A stretch of 63,395 nucleotides of DNA, filler included, from Octopus bimaculoides (GCF_001194135.2; 6 parts of 5 records of this genome joined end to end with filler, not necessarily neighbours in it); one strand, 5' to 3'. Shown: positions 51,141 through 63,395, numbered from the whole stretch's first letter. Translations and numbers: made by a program. Notes: generated by a model not told the origin, from the letters alone.

Positions 51141-51455
51141 TCATCATCATCATCATCGTTTAACGTCTGCCTTCTATGCTAGCATGGGTTGGACGATTTG
51201 ACTGAGGACTGGAGAACCAGATGGCTACACCAGGTTCNNNNNNNNNNGTTGGACGATTTGACTGAGGACTGGAGAACCAGATGGCTACACCAGGTTCCAA
51301 TCTGATTTGGCAGAGTTTCTACAGCTGGATGCCCTTCTTAATGCCAACCACTGAAAGTGTAGTGGGTACTTTTACGTGCCACCGGCATGAAGGCCAGTCA
51401 GGCGGTACTGGCAACGGCCATGCTCAAAATGGTGTATTTTACGTGCCACCTGCAC
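51141..51455 (-). mobile_element. SINE-D 3' part, (GAT)n tail
   Basis: Reverse complement ends CCATGCTAGCATAGAAGGCAGACGTTAAACGATGATGATG. Homologous to 61874-62530. Confidence 0.8.
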
Positions 51456-51644
51456 GTGATCTTCAAAAGGTAAATAACAAAGTCTTTGACTATAGAATTG
51501 CAACTAGGAGCAACAACAGCAACATCAGATGCCACTAAATAAGGTTTATGTTGACTTTAAACATTGGTATTTAGTGGCATCTGTTGTTGCTCCTAGTTGC
51601 AATTCCATAGTCAAAGACTTTGTTATTTACCTTTTGAAGATCAC
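51456..51644. repeat. Palindrome: ~77-bp arms (1 mismatch, 9-bp insertion in the left arm), 26-nt spacer
   Basis: 51456-51541 versus 51568-51644 reverse complement. Confidence 0.9.
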
Positions 51645-52738
51645 TGAAACAAGTACCAGTGATATATTGTGGGCTTATCAGCCCTGTCTCATACATCTGT
51701 GCTCTTATTTTATTGTAATAACCCATGATGACATGAGGCACCTAGAAGAGTTATTACTTAACAAAGGTCACATATGTATTATAGTTAATTGGTTATTTAT
51801 GCTTAATTTCCTGAAGCTTTTTAAAACAATATGGTATGGCGGATTAACAGCAGATTTTTGTATAAAGACATCTTTTGTTTTAAAGACACCACCCCAACAC
51901 CACACTCATAAAACAATAAAAACCACTACTGCTACTGCTAACACCACCACTGCCACCACCACCATTTACCACCACTACCTACCACCAGCACCACCATCTC
52001 AGACATCAGCTACTTAATTACAGCATGCACTTTGACAAAAGTATATTTGTGTGTTTGTAAATCTGTGCATGCATGAATGTATGTATGCATGTACGTATGT
52101 ATGTATGTATGTATGTATGTATGTATGTATGTATGTATGTATGTATGTTCTTTTTATTCTTTTATTTGTTTCAGTCAGTTGACTGCGACCATGCTGGAGC
52201 ACCGCCTTTTAGTCGAACAAATCGACCCCAGGACTTATTCTTTGTAAGCTCAGTACTTATTCTATCAGTTACTTTTGCCGAACCACTAAGTTACGGGGAC
52301 TTAAACACACCAAAATCAGTTGTCAAGCGATGGTGGGGGACAAACACAGACACACAAACATATACATACACACACACACACATATGACGGGCTTCTTTCA
52401 GTTTCTGCCTTCCAGATCCACTCACAAGGCTTTGGTCAGTCCAGAGTTATAGTAGAAGACACTTGTCCAAGGTGCCACACAGTGGGACTGAACCTGGAAC
52501 CATGTAGTTGGTAAGTAAGCTACTTTATTTCAATAAATTTGCCATGTGGGCATAATACACAGGGGACAAACAAGGGCAGACAAACATCAAATGGTGAAGC
52601 AGCTTATTATAATTTGATTAAAAATATGAAAAATTAAAAAACAAAATAAAATAAAATACATTGCGTTATGCAATGTGATACCGAAGGAAAGGCGTCCAAC
52701 ATCAGAGTAGGGCTTTTGCTTTTCTTCCTGGGCTCCAC

Positions 52739-53275
52739 TTACTTGGTGCCAATCACTCCCAGCTTTCTTACCACAGGCTTCCATCTCTTTTCGAATTTCT
52801 CACGTGACAGGTACCTCCTCTCCAGCCTGATCTTGCTTCTGAGGTGGTAACTAAAAAAGTTGACCAACCCCTGGTCGGATACAAAGGTACCCGTCACAAT
52901 CCCTTTCACAAGTGTCTTCCATACCGTTTCTTTTAAAATGGCTACCATGCAATAAAAACAGGCCTTCCTTTCCCCACTAAGGGAAGAAGGCAGCACAATC
53001 TCGATGGACTCAGCTGATAGTGGTACACTTCCCATCGATGACAACAGTTGTTCTGTGAAAACTATCAGTCCTGATAATTCTGGACATTCCACGAACACGT
53101 GCAAGACTGTTTTCCTGTCCTGCCAGCATCTCAGACATGTCAGCAAGACGGCACTTCCATGCCTTGACAGCTTATCACGAACAGGTAACACCACACGGAA
53201 GCACTGCCAAGCCAGGGATTTCTGGTAATTATCCAGATACCCCTGCCCGAACATTCTCCTGAACAGGTTGATCAA
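52739..53275 (-). pseudogene. Tx1 ORF2 C-terminal remnant (zf-RVT-like)
   Basis: LAWQCFRVVLPVRDKL..TCLRCWQDRKTVLHVFVEC.., homologous to the other Tx1 3' fragments. Confidence 0.8.
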
Positions 53276-53521
53276 CTGATTTTCATTGTAGCATCTCCTT
53301 CCTTCTCCTCCTCCTTCAAGTAACTGAGCAGGTCCAAGATCCTCCTATTGGTCTTTGGATGCCTCTCCTTCAGTTGCCTGTATAGAGTTTCCCCTATCCA
53401 GGCACACCTCTCGTTCAGATCCCTATGTTGTAGGAACAGCTTAGTAGTATGGTGGTTTTTAATTATTTCATCTGCATATTAGTCTTTTGTGTTATATTCC
53501 ACCAAAATTTTTGTTTCCATG

Positions 53522-54550
53522 TCATTTTTCCTTTACCTGGGGCAGTGGGGCGGGGTATTTTTTTGTTATTTGTGGTGTGGCGCTGCTTTTTTTAACTTTT
53601 GTGGGGGATGAGGATGAAGAAGGTTCATGAGTTTGTTTCCAAACTACTATGAACTCCCCCTCGACCACCTCCATGGTGTCTTCTGGGCGAGTTACATGTT
53701 CTGGTGCCACTTTAGAGGGGGTGGGTGTGTTTGATGTTGTCGGAACCGGTCTGTGCATGGGCTGGGGTTTTTGGGTATCGTGTTTGGGGGCAGGCACCAC
53801 AGATGGGGAGTGGGAATTTGTTTCTGTGTGTGCGGGTTTGAGGTCTTTTTGAGCAGTTGAAGGGCCTGGTGTCTGTGCCACTTTTTTCTGCCACTTTTCA
53901 CAGTCTACATGAATGTGGCCTTTTTTTCCACATTCGTAACATGACAGCTTTTTCCCTTCGACATAGATTTTGAGAACAATGTCCTCACCCAAGAGCACTC
54001 TGTCTGGCAGCATTTCGATGTCTTCCTGAGGCTCCTGGATAATAGCTGAAATGCTCTGCCTAAGCCAATTTTGCGGGGCAGTGCATGTAATTTGAAAAGA
54101 TCTTATTTTGCCCGTTCTGTTATACAACAGGGCAGCTATTACCTTCCATGCCTCTATTTCGGGTGGTACCTCTGCCACCTTTATGCGAGCAGTTTGTCTC
54201 CTCATATAGGTTGGCAGAAGCACCACCTCCTTCGTTTTCAGGGGGCTCGCTGAGTACTCTTGGGCTTTTTCCTCAGTTCCAAATCTGGCCTCTATTGTGC
54301 CATATGTCCAGCCCCTTGCTATGTACTTTATGTCTTTCCATATGGGGGCCAGACATTTTTCAATTTTACACTCTTCGAAGTGTTTGAATTTTCTTGCTGA
54401 CAGACAGTACGTTTTGAAAATGACTGTCCTCCTTTTCAATTCTTTGATGCTGGAGGAGGGTGATATCTTGATATCCCCACCCTCCTCCTTCATTCTTTCA
54501 AAAAGCTCAGAGAGTTTTTCCGTTGGTAACACAACGTTTTCAATTGCCAC
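53522..54550 (-). CDS. Tx1/L1-type ORF1p (gag-like nucleic-acid-binding protein), 342-aa open frame, probably C-terminally frameshifted
   Basis: CYECGKKGHIHVDC CCHC knuckle, RRM-like N-terminal half, Pro/Thr/Ser-rich tail. A second frame continues to a stop at 53272-53274 with one internal stop. Confidence 0.8.
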   Translation of the reverse strand: MAIENVVLPTEKLSELFERMKEEGGDIKISPSSSIKELKRRTVIFKTYCLSARKFKHFEECKIEKCLAPIWKDIKYIARGWTYGTIEARFGTEEKAQEYSASPLKTKEVVLLPTYMRRQTARIKVAEVPPEIEAWKVIAALLYNRTGKIRSFQITCTAPQNWLRQSISAIIQEPQEDIEMLPDRVLLGEDIVLKIYVEGKKLSCYECGKKGHIHVDCEKWQKKVAQTPGPSTAQKDLKPAHTETNSHSPSVVPAPKHDTQKPQPMHRPVPTTSNTPTPSKVAPEHVTRPEDTMEVVEGEFIVVWKQTHEPSSSSSPTKVKKSSATPQITKKYPAPLPQVKEK

Positions 54551-56999
54551 CGAGGCAACTGCTGAAAATTTCCTTACCGGTTCATCCAGTGGACTTTTTC
54601 GTGAATTATTTCAACTGACATACTTAGCTGAAATTAATTCTACACACAAAAATAAATAAATTAGAAATCCCCCAAAAGGGAAACATATAAAATGTTTTTT
54701 TGTTCTTCTAAATGAGGACAGCAGTTTAAATCCAACCCCCACTGGGGGCAGGGCGCAACAATAAAGCCTACAATGGCTTTGACAAGTTCAAGTTTTCTAC
54801 AAACAACAAATAACAACTGCGGAAATGGCTTCACACAAACAACTCCTGTCTCCCAGCATGGGAAATAGTACAAAAAATGTTCAAATTTCAGCAATTAAAC
54901 AATGTTCAACAAGGTTACACAGTTAATAAATTCAACAAAAAACAATCAAAGCCCCAACAAAACATCCCACTCACCAACAAACAAAAACGTCTAACAAAGA
55001 GACTGGTAATCAGATAATCAGACCATTTTTTCTTTATAGCTACTTAGCACACAGCCACTCCTGCATCTACATGTATGTATGCTTCATTTAAATATAAATG
55101 ACGTGGAAATGAACTAAGAGATATAATTCAGAGTGGCCAGTTGCATCTCCTAGAAAAATAAAGACATAAAAGTGTATATTAAATAACATACAAGATAAAT
55201 TCATGATATATTGAAATTATCTCCCCTTTCAGAGAGAGAGAGAGAGAGAGAGAAAGAGATTATACCAGCAATTACTTAATGGCAATGGACCAACTTAAAA
55301 TAAGAGGAGGAAATAATGTCAAAGATCAAGAGTTCTTCAAAATTGATATGCTATAAAGAAAAAATGGTCTGATTATCTGAAAAAACTTGCAAGACAGAAA
55401 AGGGACAAGGAAAAAGGAAAAGGAAAAAAACTCTCACTACTAAGTGAGTGGGTGGGGAAGGAATATTTGATGGGTAGGTGGCTTTATGCTAAATGTTGAA
55501 AGGCTAAAGCATGATTGAGGGACGTGCATATCTGTTCTACTATAGAGGGGGATACATAGCTACCACTTATTATACAGGAGTGTGTGGAAGTAGTTGGGAA
55601 AGAGATAAAAAGTGGTAGCGATGGAATGCCAGAGTAAATTCTCAAGGTGCAGGAAGGTGACCCCAGCCTTGCATGCAGGAGTCGATATCTCATTAGGTGG
55701 TGAAGCAGTTCTATAGGTGTTTCAGCCCCTTCCACCACAATGCTAGAACTGCCCTGGGCCGCCCACTGACATAAGCAACAAAACACCTGTGCAAATAGCG
55801 TGAGCTTTGTTGAGTCAGGTGTTGCAATGGCGATGACGATGATGATGATGATGATGATGATCATCATCATCATCATCATCACAACAATGCATATGTATGT
55901 GTGCATGCATGTATGTATATGTGTGTGTGTATGTATGCATATGTGTGTATCGTCATTATCATTGTTTTAAGTTTGCTCTTCTATGCTAGCCTGGGTTAGA
56001 TGGGTTTTCTGTAGCAGTGTTTAACAGATAGATGTCCTTCTTTTTGTTAATCCTCTATTGACTCTTATGACATGTAAAGATATTGTGCACCTGTTCTAAA
56101 CTCGACACACACATTCCCACGTGCGTGTGCGCACACACACATGCACACACCTGTATATGCCCTTCTCTCTCTCTTTCTTGATGTATGTGTGTATATGTGT
56201 GAATAAATGTGATTGTGTATAAAGGCAATGCTATGCTGCTGCTGCTGATGATGATGATGTCGACACCACTACATACACAATGAATATGCTAAGATAATTC
56301 TGTATTTAACATAATGTCCAACAAGGTCCATCTCATCAAAGAGGAATAAATTACCAGAATTTATGAATAAATTCTCAAAAGAGAATGTGAAGTAAATGAG
56401 AGGAAGACATGAATAAATATTATTTAGTATTTATTGCTGAAAATTTTGTCAAGTTAATCTCTATTTGCTGGGAGCAGAACAGTAAAAGTTACCACTTGGT
56501 GTAACCTCAACAATTATGTCTAACAATTGTTAATCCTATCTCATACTTTAATCTCCATTCAAACAATTCTGCTTTATCATTAACTTTTCAAGATTAATCT
56601 TTGGCAGAAACTATATACTCTGTAATGGTGGACTTGTGGTGGATTAATATGAATTTGTTTGGCGACGATAGGATAAATAAAACTGGGTGAGAATTTACCT
56701 GTTGTTGAGGTTTTTTTTTAATGTTTTGCTTGGACAAATCAGAATAAATGCGGAGGTGGGAATAGTATAGAATCAATAAATATTGCAATTGCTGTTCTCA
56801 TACCACTTAATGTTGTGTTTATGGAGCTTAGTGGTGACTTAAGCTTTCACAACTAATAACATTAATAATAATATATTCATAACATGTGTATAGTGTCTAA
56901 ACCATCATCATAGAAGTCAATTTATCAAACTCATTCTTATAAATCACAAGACTTAATTAATTGTATGACTTAATCACAAGCAAATGAAATAATTAACAT

Positions 57000-57292
57000 G
57001 AAGGTGATAATAAGAATGATGACGGTGGTGATGATGATGATGGTAAGGAGGAAGTGGAGGAGAAGATGGGTGATGATGTTAATGAGGATGACAATGATTG
57101 ATGATGATGACAATGATTGATGATGATGACAATGATGATGATGAAGATGATGGTGATAAAGATGATGGTGATGAGGATGAAGGTGATGATGATGATGATG
57201 ATGATTACAATGATGTTGATGATGATGGTTGTGATAGTGACGATGCTGATGACAATGACAATGATAAGGCTGATGATGAATGATGATGATGA
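57000..57292. repeat. Degenerate (GAT)n block
   Basis: Directly visible. Confidence 0.9.
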
Positions 57293-57429
57293 CTGTATCT
57301 TACCTATTTCTATATCGCATATTTTATTCTCTGTCATCCTAGAATGAGAAATTAGTCTTATTGGTTTCAAGAGAACATAAAACTGAAGTTGTGATGTTCA
57401 TGATTTTCCCAATGTATTAGTTTCTCATT

Positions 57430-57915
57430 ATTATTATTGAGTGAGAGAGCAGTGCATGCCATCAAAATGACACTGGGGTAAAATATATGAAGCCCAACAC
57501 ACCCATCATGACTACCTGTCTGATAAGAGTACACCAGACACATGCATCATAACCACATGTGTTTTATGTGGTGATCTTATATCAAGATAAACAGTGCATT
57601 GCCTTGCAGGCAGGGCCCAGTTAGAATTTTCTTCAGGTTGAGTAGCCCATCCCACTCAAAAGGTCACTGAATAAGGGTTTTTTTAAGAATGATGAACAAA
57701 ATACCCATGTTTCCAGAGGCAAATTATCCAAATCCCAAAGAATTCCACTCGATGCATAGCTATGATGCTCCCCCACTACTTCTACTCATGATCAGAGATG
57801 CACATATCGTCAGCCACTAAGGGACATGCTCAACTGGTTAAGGTCAAGCAACTGACAAGCAAATCTGTGGTATTAAGCAGAATATTTGCTGTAGCCTATC
57901 TTTTATACCATGACA
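57430..57915 (-). mobile_element. Unclassified probable retroposon with an (AAT)n tail
   Basis: GC-richer ~480-bp segment whose minus-strand end runs into AATAATAAT. Single copy here, so repeat status cannot be confirmed from this window. Confidence 0.3.
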
Positions 57916-57928
57916 AAATTATTTTTAC

Positions 57929-57971
<43 letters not shown>

Positions 57972-58070
57972 ATCATCATCATCATCATCACCACCACCAC
58001 CACCACCACCACCACCACCACCACCATCATCATCATTATTATCATTAAGTTGGTGAGCTNNNNNNNNNNC

Positions 58071-58272
58071 TGGCAGAATCATCAGCATGCTGGATAAAAT
58101 GCCTTGCAGCATTTTGTCCATCTTTATGTTCTGAGTTCAAATTCTGCTGGCGTTGACTTTGCCTTTCATCCTTCCAGGGTTGATAAAATAAGTACCAGTT
58201 GAGGACTGAGGTCGATTTAATCAACTTAACTCCTCCACCGAAATTTCTGGTTTTGTGCCAAAATTTGAAAGC
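58071..58272 (+). mobile_element. SINE-C copy
   Basis: CTGGCAGAATC..GACTTTGCCTTTCATCCTTCCAGGGTTGATAAAATAAGTACCAG. Confidence 0.85.
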
Positions 58273-59389
58273 ATTATTATTATTTTGTTTTGCCTGACTT
58301 TCTGTCTATTACATAACAGTTTTTTTGCTATAATTTCTTCTGCCTTTGAGTCTAATTCACCCTTGATTTTTTTCCTGCCATTCTGTTAGTCTGTTGTCAT
58401 TGTAATACATCAGTGATTCATCTAAATACCTTCCCTGTCCATTTGTCTAATTTATCAATGCTTCAGTATTATTATCAATTTATGAGAGTCTTTATGTGTT
58501 GTAGTATTTACACTTGTAGTTGTTTATTTTTGGTTTGTTTGGTTCTTCGGAATAATCAAAAGAAACAGTTCGCTTGAAACATGTTTGTATTTCATCCTTG
58601 TTTTTTTTTTTTTGTTAACAAAACGGAGTTTTTATTTTCCTTTTATAATAAAAACTAAATTTGATGGAATCATCTTAATGGTTTCTTCATTAATGCTACA
58701 GCTATGGAAAATACTATTGCCATGTTTATCAAACATTCACAAATATCAAAGAATATTAACCGATTTAAACTGATAATTGTCTTTCATCTTTGGTATGCTT
58801 GGCTGATTTCAGCAAGTGATACTTCTGGAAATATTGTAGGTTATATAATGGAATTGTTAATGGGTATCCATATTGATGAGCATTAAGAGAATTAACAATG
58901 TATAGAAATATGACATGGCTGCCTGATTATGTTCACAGTTTTCGCTCACTTTATAGCATTTCTCACATATATCACACTTGTCTCTCACATACCACACCTC
59001 ACATATTACCACCACCTTACACATCATACTGATTTTCTATGCCTCATACCACATAGCTCACATACCACATATACCCTAGCATTTCAAAAGCATATCTTGC
59101 ATATTACACATGTCTCCAATGCTTCTTCCATATCTCATGCATCACAGTTCTCTCATATTACATATAACACGTATATTTCATGCATATCTCATATACCATA
59201 CATATCTCTCACATTTTACACATATCTCACACACCACACTTATATCTTCCACATTTCTCACATCTCATGTATCACTTATATCTTCCACATTTCATGCGTA
59301 TTTCATATGTCACACCTATCTCAAATATTTCAAATGTATCTTCCACATTTCACACATATCTCATACAGCACACATCTCTCACATTTCAC

Positions 59390-59485
59390 ACACATTACAT
59401 ATATCACACATATTACATATATCACACATATTACATATATCACACATATTACATATATCACACATATTACATATATCACACATAT
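59390..59485. repeat. 18-bp minisatellite (ATATCACACATATTACAT)n within a CACATA-rich low-complexity block
   Basis: About 4.5 consecutive units are visible. Confidence 0.85.
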
Positions 59486-59569
59486 TTACCACTCTTCCTT
59501 CACCCTTGCACCATGTAAAGAAATAATCATTATTATCATTATTATTATTATTATTATTATTATTGTGCA

Positions 59570-59975
59570 AGGTAGAAAGCTGGCAGAATTGTTAATGGCG
59601 TTTCATCCATCTTTACATTCTGAGTTCAAATTCTGCCAAGGTTGACATTGCTTTCATCCTTTTGGGATTGATAAAATAAGTACCAGTTGAGTACTGGTGC
59701 TGATGTAATCCCTCCCCCAAATTTCAGGCCTTGTGCCTAGAGTAGAAAGGATTATTATTATTATTATTGTTATTTAAAGCAGTGAGCTGGCAGAATCATT
59801 CAAACACTAGGCAAAATGCTTAGCAGTACTTTGTCCATCTTTACATTCTGAGTTCAAATTCTATCCCAGTCAACTTCTGGAGTTGATAAAGCAAATAACA
59901 GTCGATTACTGGAGTTGATGTAATCAATTTACCTCCTCCTCTGAACTTGCTGGCCTTTTGCCAAAATTTGAAACC
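59570..59975 (+). mobile_element. Two tandem SINE-C copies (59570-59752, 59778-59975)
   Basis: Head and centre homology, separated by (ATT)n. Confidence 0.8.
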
Positions 59976-60255
59976 ATTATCCTCCTCCTCTTCTTTCTGC
60001 CTCCTCATTTGCCCTGAGGCTGACTTTACTTACTGCTCCCGTTTCTAATGTATTCCAATCTTCTCTGTCCCAGTCCTTAATTAGTTCAGAATTATTAAAT
60101 GAAGAACTTCTTGAAACCAATCTGATACAAGCAGAGAACTTATTGCAGATGTTTGGAAGAATATTCAAGATATGTAGCATGCAGATATATATCATCAAAT
60201 TTTGAATTTATCCACAGATGATATGAACAGTAGTGACATCTAACTTCAAATCTCA

Positions 60256-61035
60256 TCATCATCATCATCATCGTCGTTTAACGTCCGCTTTCCATGCTAG
60301 CATGGGTTGGACGATTTGACTGAGGACTGGTGAAACCGGATGGCAACACCAGGCTCCAATCTAATTTGGCAGAGTTTCTACAGCTAGATGCCCTTCCTAA
60401 CGCCAACCACTCAGAGAGTGTAGTGGGTGCTTTTATGTGTCACCCGCACGAAAACGGCCACGCTCAAAATGGTGTCTTTTNNNNNNNNNNNNNNNNNNNN
60501 NNNNNNNNNNNNNNNNNNNNNNNNTTAATTAATTAANNNNNNNNNNNNNNNNNNNNNNNNNNNNNNNNNNNNNNNNNNNNTGGGGCAAGCGAAAGCGAAA
60601 TCGTGATGGCACCTGTACCAGTGGAGCACTAAGAGCACCGTCCGAGCGAGATCGTTGCCAGAACACCAGCTGTCTGGCTTCCGTACCAGTGGCACGTAAA
60701 TAGCCCCATTTGAGCGTGATCGTTACCAACGTTGCCTTCCTGGCACTTGTGCCAGTGGCACATGAAAAGACATTCGAGCAAGATCGTTGCCAGTACCGCT
60801 GGACTTGCCCCTGTGCAAGTGGCAGGTAAAGTACTGCGTTGCCAGTACCGCCTAACTGGCCTTCGTGCTGGTGGCATGTAAAAGCACCCACTACACTCTT
60901 GGAGTGGTTGGTGTTCGGAAGGGTATCCAGCTGTAGAAATTCTGCCAAATCAGATTGCAGCCTGGTGTAGCCACCTGGTCCACCAGTCCTCAGTCAAATC
61001 GTCCAACCCATGCTAGCATGGAAAACGGACGTTTA
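60256..61035. mobile_element. Two SINE-D copies on either side of a gap (60256-60480 on -, 60590-61035 on +)
   Basis: Shared AAGCACCCACTACACTCT..CCATGCTAGCATGGAAA 3' region. Confidence 0.8.
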
Positions 61036-61099
61036 GCGTCGTGGTGGAGAATCCTGTTATTGTCTCTCAATGGACCTACGGGTGGAACAGCGATCTTAT

Positions 61100-61720
61100 G
61101 CTTGTTATGCATCAACAATAAAGTCAATATAGCTGGCAAGATGAGCTCCTGGATCCTCAGAACTTTCCAGTTTCAAGAGCAAGATGCAATTGTTCCCCTA
61201 CTTTCCTCTTTTGAGCAGCCACACCTAAAATGATGCTGTCCCCTGTGGTCCCCCTGCCCCACACCAAACAAAAACATTAAGAGAATTGAGTCACTCCAGT
61301 GAGCAATCATTAAAGAAATATAAAGTATGACTCATCTTGATTATTGGGACCACATTAAAGCATTGAAACTTTCTTCTCTCCAAAGCTATCTTGCACAATG
61401 TGGTGAATATATGACCAGCATTGCTGAAACAACATTAACATTTGATACAGAATACATCCAGGGCTGGGGGTCCTTGTGCCATATGGGCCCTACACAATTG
61501 AGGATCACAACATATAAATCCACAGCAATATAATTCTTTTCCTCAACAGGACCCTGTTCCATATAATGTTATCCAAAATCAAATCAAAGAAAAAAATACT
61601 ATCCCATTACCTTTAAATGAAACCTGGACAAATTTCCTCAGGGGATACCAGAAAAGCTACCAATACCTGGGTACATCTCAGTCAATAACTCCCTGCTTGA
61701 ATTGGTCCTGATACCACAAA
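61100..61720 (+). mobile_element. CR1-type LINE 3' fragment (RT C-terminus)
   Basis: INNKVNIAGKMSSWILRTF..QPHLK*CCPLWSP..LDYWDHIKALKLSSLQ matches the CR1 post-RT pattern. Decayed. Confidence 0.75.
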
Positions 61721-61873
61721 ATATGACATGAAAACGATTTAACACATCCTATCAGGGGATGCTATTAAGTCAGACATAGTCGGGGCCAGTGTTTGGCCAA
61801 AATGTATTACAGTATTAAATTGATACATACATATATAGACATACGTACATACATATGTGTGTATTTATGTATC

Positions 61874-62530
61874 ATAAAACCCTGCTTGCGAAGACCTGTT
61901 GAGGCAAGTGAATTTGGAATTTGGAATTTGAAATTTGAAATCTGAAATCGAACTGAATCCAATGACTGGCACCCATGCCAACCTCTCCTTCATTGGATAC
62001 TAAACTCTGCTTGCGAAGACCTGTTGAGGCAAGTGAAATCGTAATTGAACCATACTCGATGACTGGCACCTGCACCAGTGGAGCACTAACAGCACTGTCC
62101 GAACGTGTTCATTGCCAGAGCAGCTGTCTGGCTTCCATGCTAGTGGCCCGTAAATAGCACCGTTTGAGCATAATCATTACCAGCGTTGCCTTCTAGCACT
62201 TGTGCTGGTGGCACATTAGAAAATCATTCAAGTGAGGTCATTGCCAGTGCCGCTGGACTGGCTCCCGTGCAGGTGGCACGTAAAAAACACCTTTTTGAGC
62301 GTGGCCGTTGCCAGAACCGTGTGACTGGGTCTCGTGCTGGTGGCACGTAAAAGCACCCACTACACTCTCGGAGTGGTTGGTGTTAGGAAGGGCATCCAGC
62401 TGTAGAAACTCTGCCAGATCAGATTGGAGCCTGGTGCAGCCTTCTGGCTTGCCAGTCCTCAGTCAAATCATCTAACCCATGCTAGCATGGAAAGCAGACA
62501 TTAAATGACGATGATGATGATGATGATGAT
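61874..62530 (+). mobile_element. SINE-D long copy with internal ~60-bp subrepeats and a (GAT)n tail
   Basis: Repeated GAGCG..GTTGCCAG..GGTGGCACGTAAA modules, and a duplicated 5' segment CTGCTTGCGAAGACCTGTTGAGGCAAGTGAA. Confidence 0.8.
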
Positions 62531-62614
62531 AAATCATATAACATGGCTTGTTTCCAGTGTATGTGTGTGTCTGTGTGTATACTATATTTATCAGTTTACA
62601 TATTAAACAATGCC

Positions 62615-62920
62615 CATAATGGAGCAATGCTCTGAAGACATTTAGTCAAACAAATCAACTCCTGTATTTACTATATTTTAAGACTAGAACTTATTCTGTC
62701 AATTACTTTTGCCAAGTCGCCAAGTTTCAGGAACATAAACACACCAACACCAGTTGTGAAGCAGTGGGAGTGGAGAGATAAACACACACATGTAGATGAT
62801 GGAATTCTTTCAGTTTCCATTTACCAAATCCTCTCACAAGGCTTTTCTCAGCCCGAGGCTGTAGTAGAAGACACTCGCTCAAGGTGTCATGCAGTGGGAC
62901 TGAACTCGGAACCATGTGAC
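62615..62920 (-). mobile_element. Degenerate SINE-A copy
   Basis: CAAGGTGTCATGCAGTGGGACTGAACTCGGAACCATGTG head on +, plus central homology. Confidence 0.7.
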
Positions 62921-63353
62921 TTTACAAAGTAATACTATACACACACACATACACAGTTATCATAGCTGTTGCTCTTGTATACACACACACACACATACAC
63001 ACACTGTACACCCATTAGCGCCCCCACCCTTACCTACCCCCAACTCCCCCTTTATATATTTTCTGTGATATTGTACCCTTATCAGATCTTATCCTGTTTG
63101 CAGACCCTCCTCCCTGCCATCTGCCACCATTTATTGTGCATTTCTCTTGAACTTTGAGACTTGCCAAAGAAATAGAGATTTCAATATCACAGTAAACTAT
63201 TAATCCTTTCCGGTATCTCTTTGACCTCAACTGCCAACACCACTTCATTGACACACACACACACATCCTGCCTACACATCCATCTAGCTATATGTCTCTT
63301 TCTCTCTCTTTCTTTTTGTCTCTCTTTCACTTTCCTTTTCTCTGTCTCTCTCT

Positions 63354-63395
<42 letters not shown>

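Larger units (their letters stand above)
52526..55037 (-). mobile_element. 2.5-kb Tx1/L1-type element: 5' UTR, ORF1, ORF2 C-terminal remnant, 3' UTR (no EN or RT)
   Basis: 8-bp TSD, ORF1 with a CCHC knuckle, zf-RVT-like ORF2 end. No EN or RT motifs lie between them. Confidence 0.85.
52148..55070 (-). mobile_element. SINE-A split by a Tx1 insertion (SINE parts 55038-55070 and 52148-52525)
   Basis: The SINE head resumes after the insert. AGCTACTT is duplicated at 52518-52525 and 55038-55045. Confidence 0.85.

Noticed and set aside
55484-55906. 140-aa ORF as a gene or endonuclease fragment
   Set aside because: It begins in microsatellite and has no motif I can identify.
58929-59645. 238-aa His/Thr/Ile-rich ORF
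   Set aside because: A product of CACATA-type low complexity and an 18-bp minisatellite; overlapping frames are equally open.

Overview
This is AT-rich animal genomic DNA from a gapped short-read assembly, with many N runs and five artificial N44-TTAATTAATTAA-N44 spacers. The SINE and LINE repertoire looks like that of an octopus; this is inference from repeat content, not a database result. I found no confident host protein-coding gene, rRNA, genuine tRNA gene or CRISPR array, and nearly all ORFs in the track are microsatellite or N artefacts. The window is a dense patchwork of microsatellites and transposon relics. These include at least five SINE families (my labels A-E); a near-full-length decayed RTE/BovB-type LINE split by a TTAA piggyBac-type MITE; fragments of Tx1/L1, CR1, RTE, CRE and R4/Dong-type LINEs; a decayed Penelope-like element; and DD41D and DD37D Tc1/mariner relics. 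Four observations stand out. (1) A 2.5-kb Tx1/L1 element retains ORF1 but lacks EN and RT (HAL1-like), has an 8-bp target duplication, and sits inside the tRNA-like head of a SINE. (2) A SINE 3' tail matches the 3' end of the Tx1 LINEs, and this SINE appears to insert into its own head. (3) Two long near-perfect DNA palindromes each carry a minimal type I hammerhead ribozyme motif of the Penelope kind. (4) Two LINE families repeatedly end in specific microsatellites, (TATC)n and (CATA)n.
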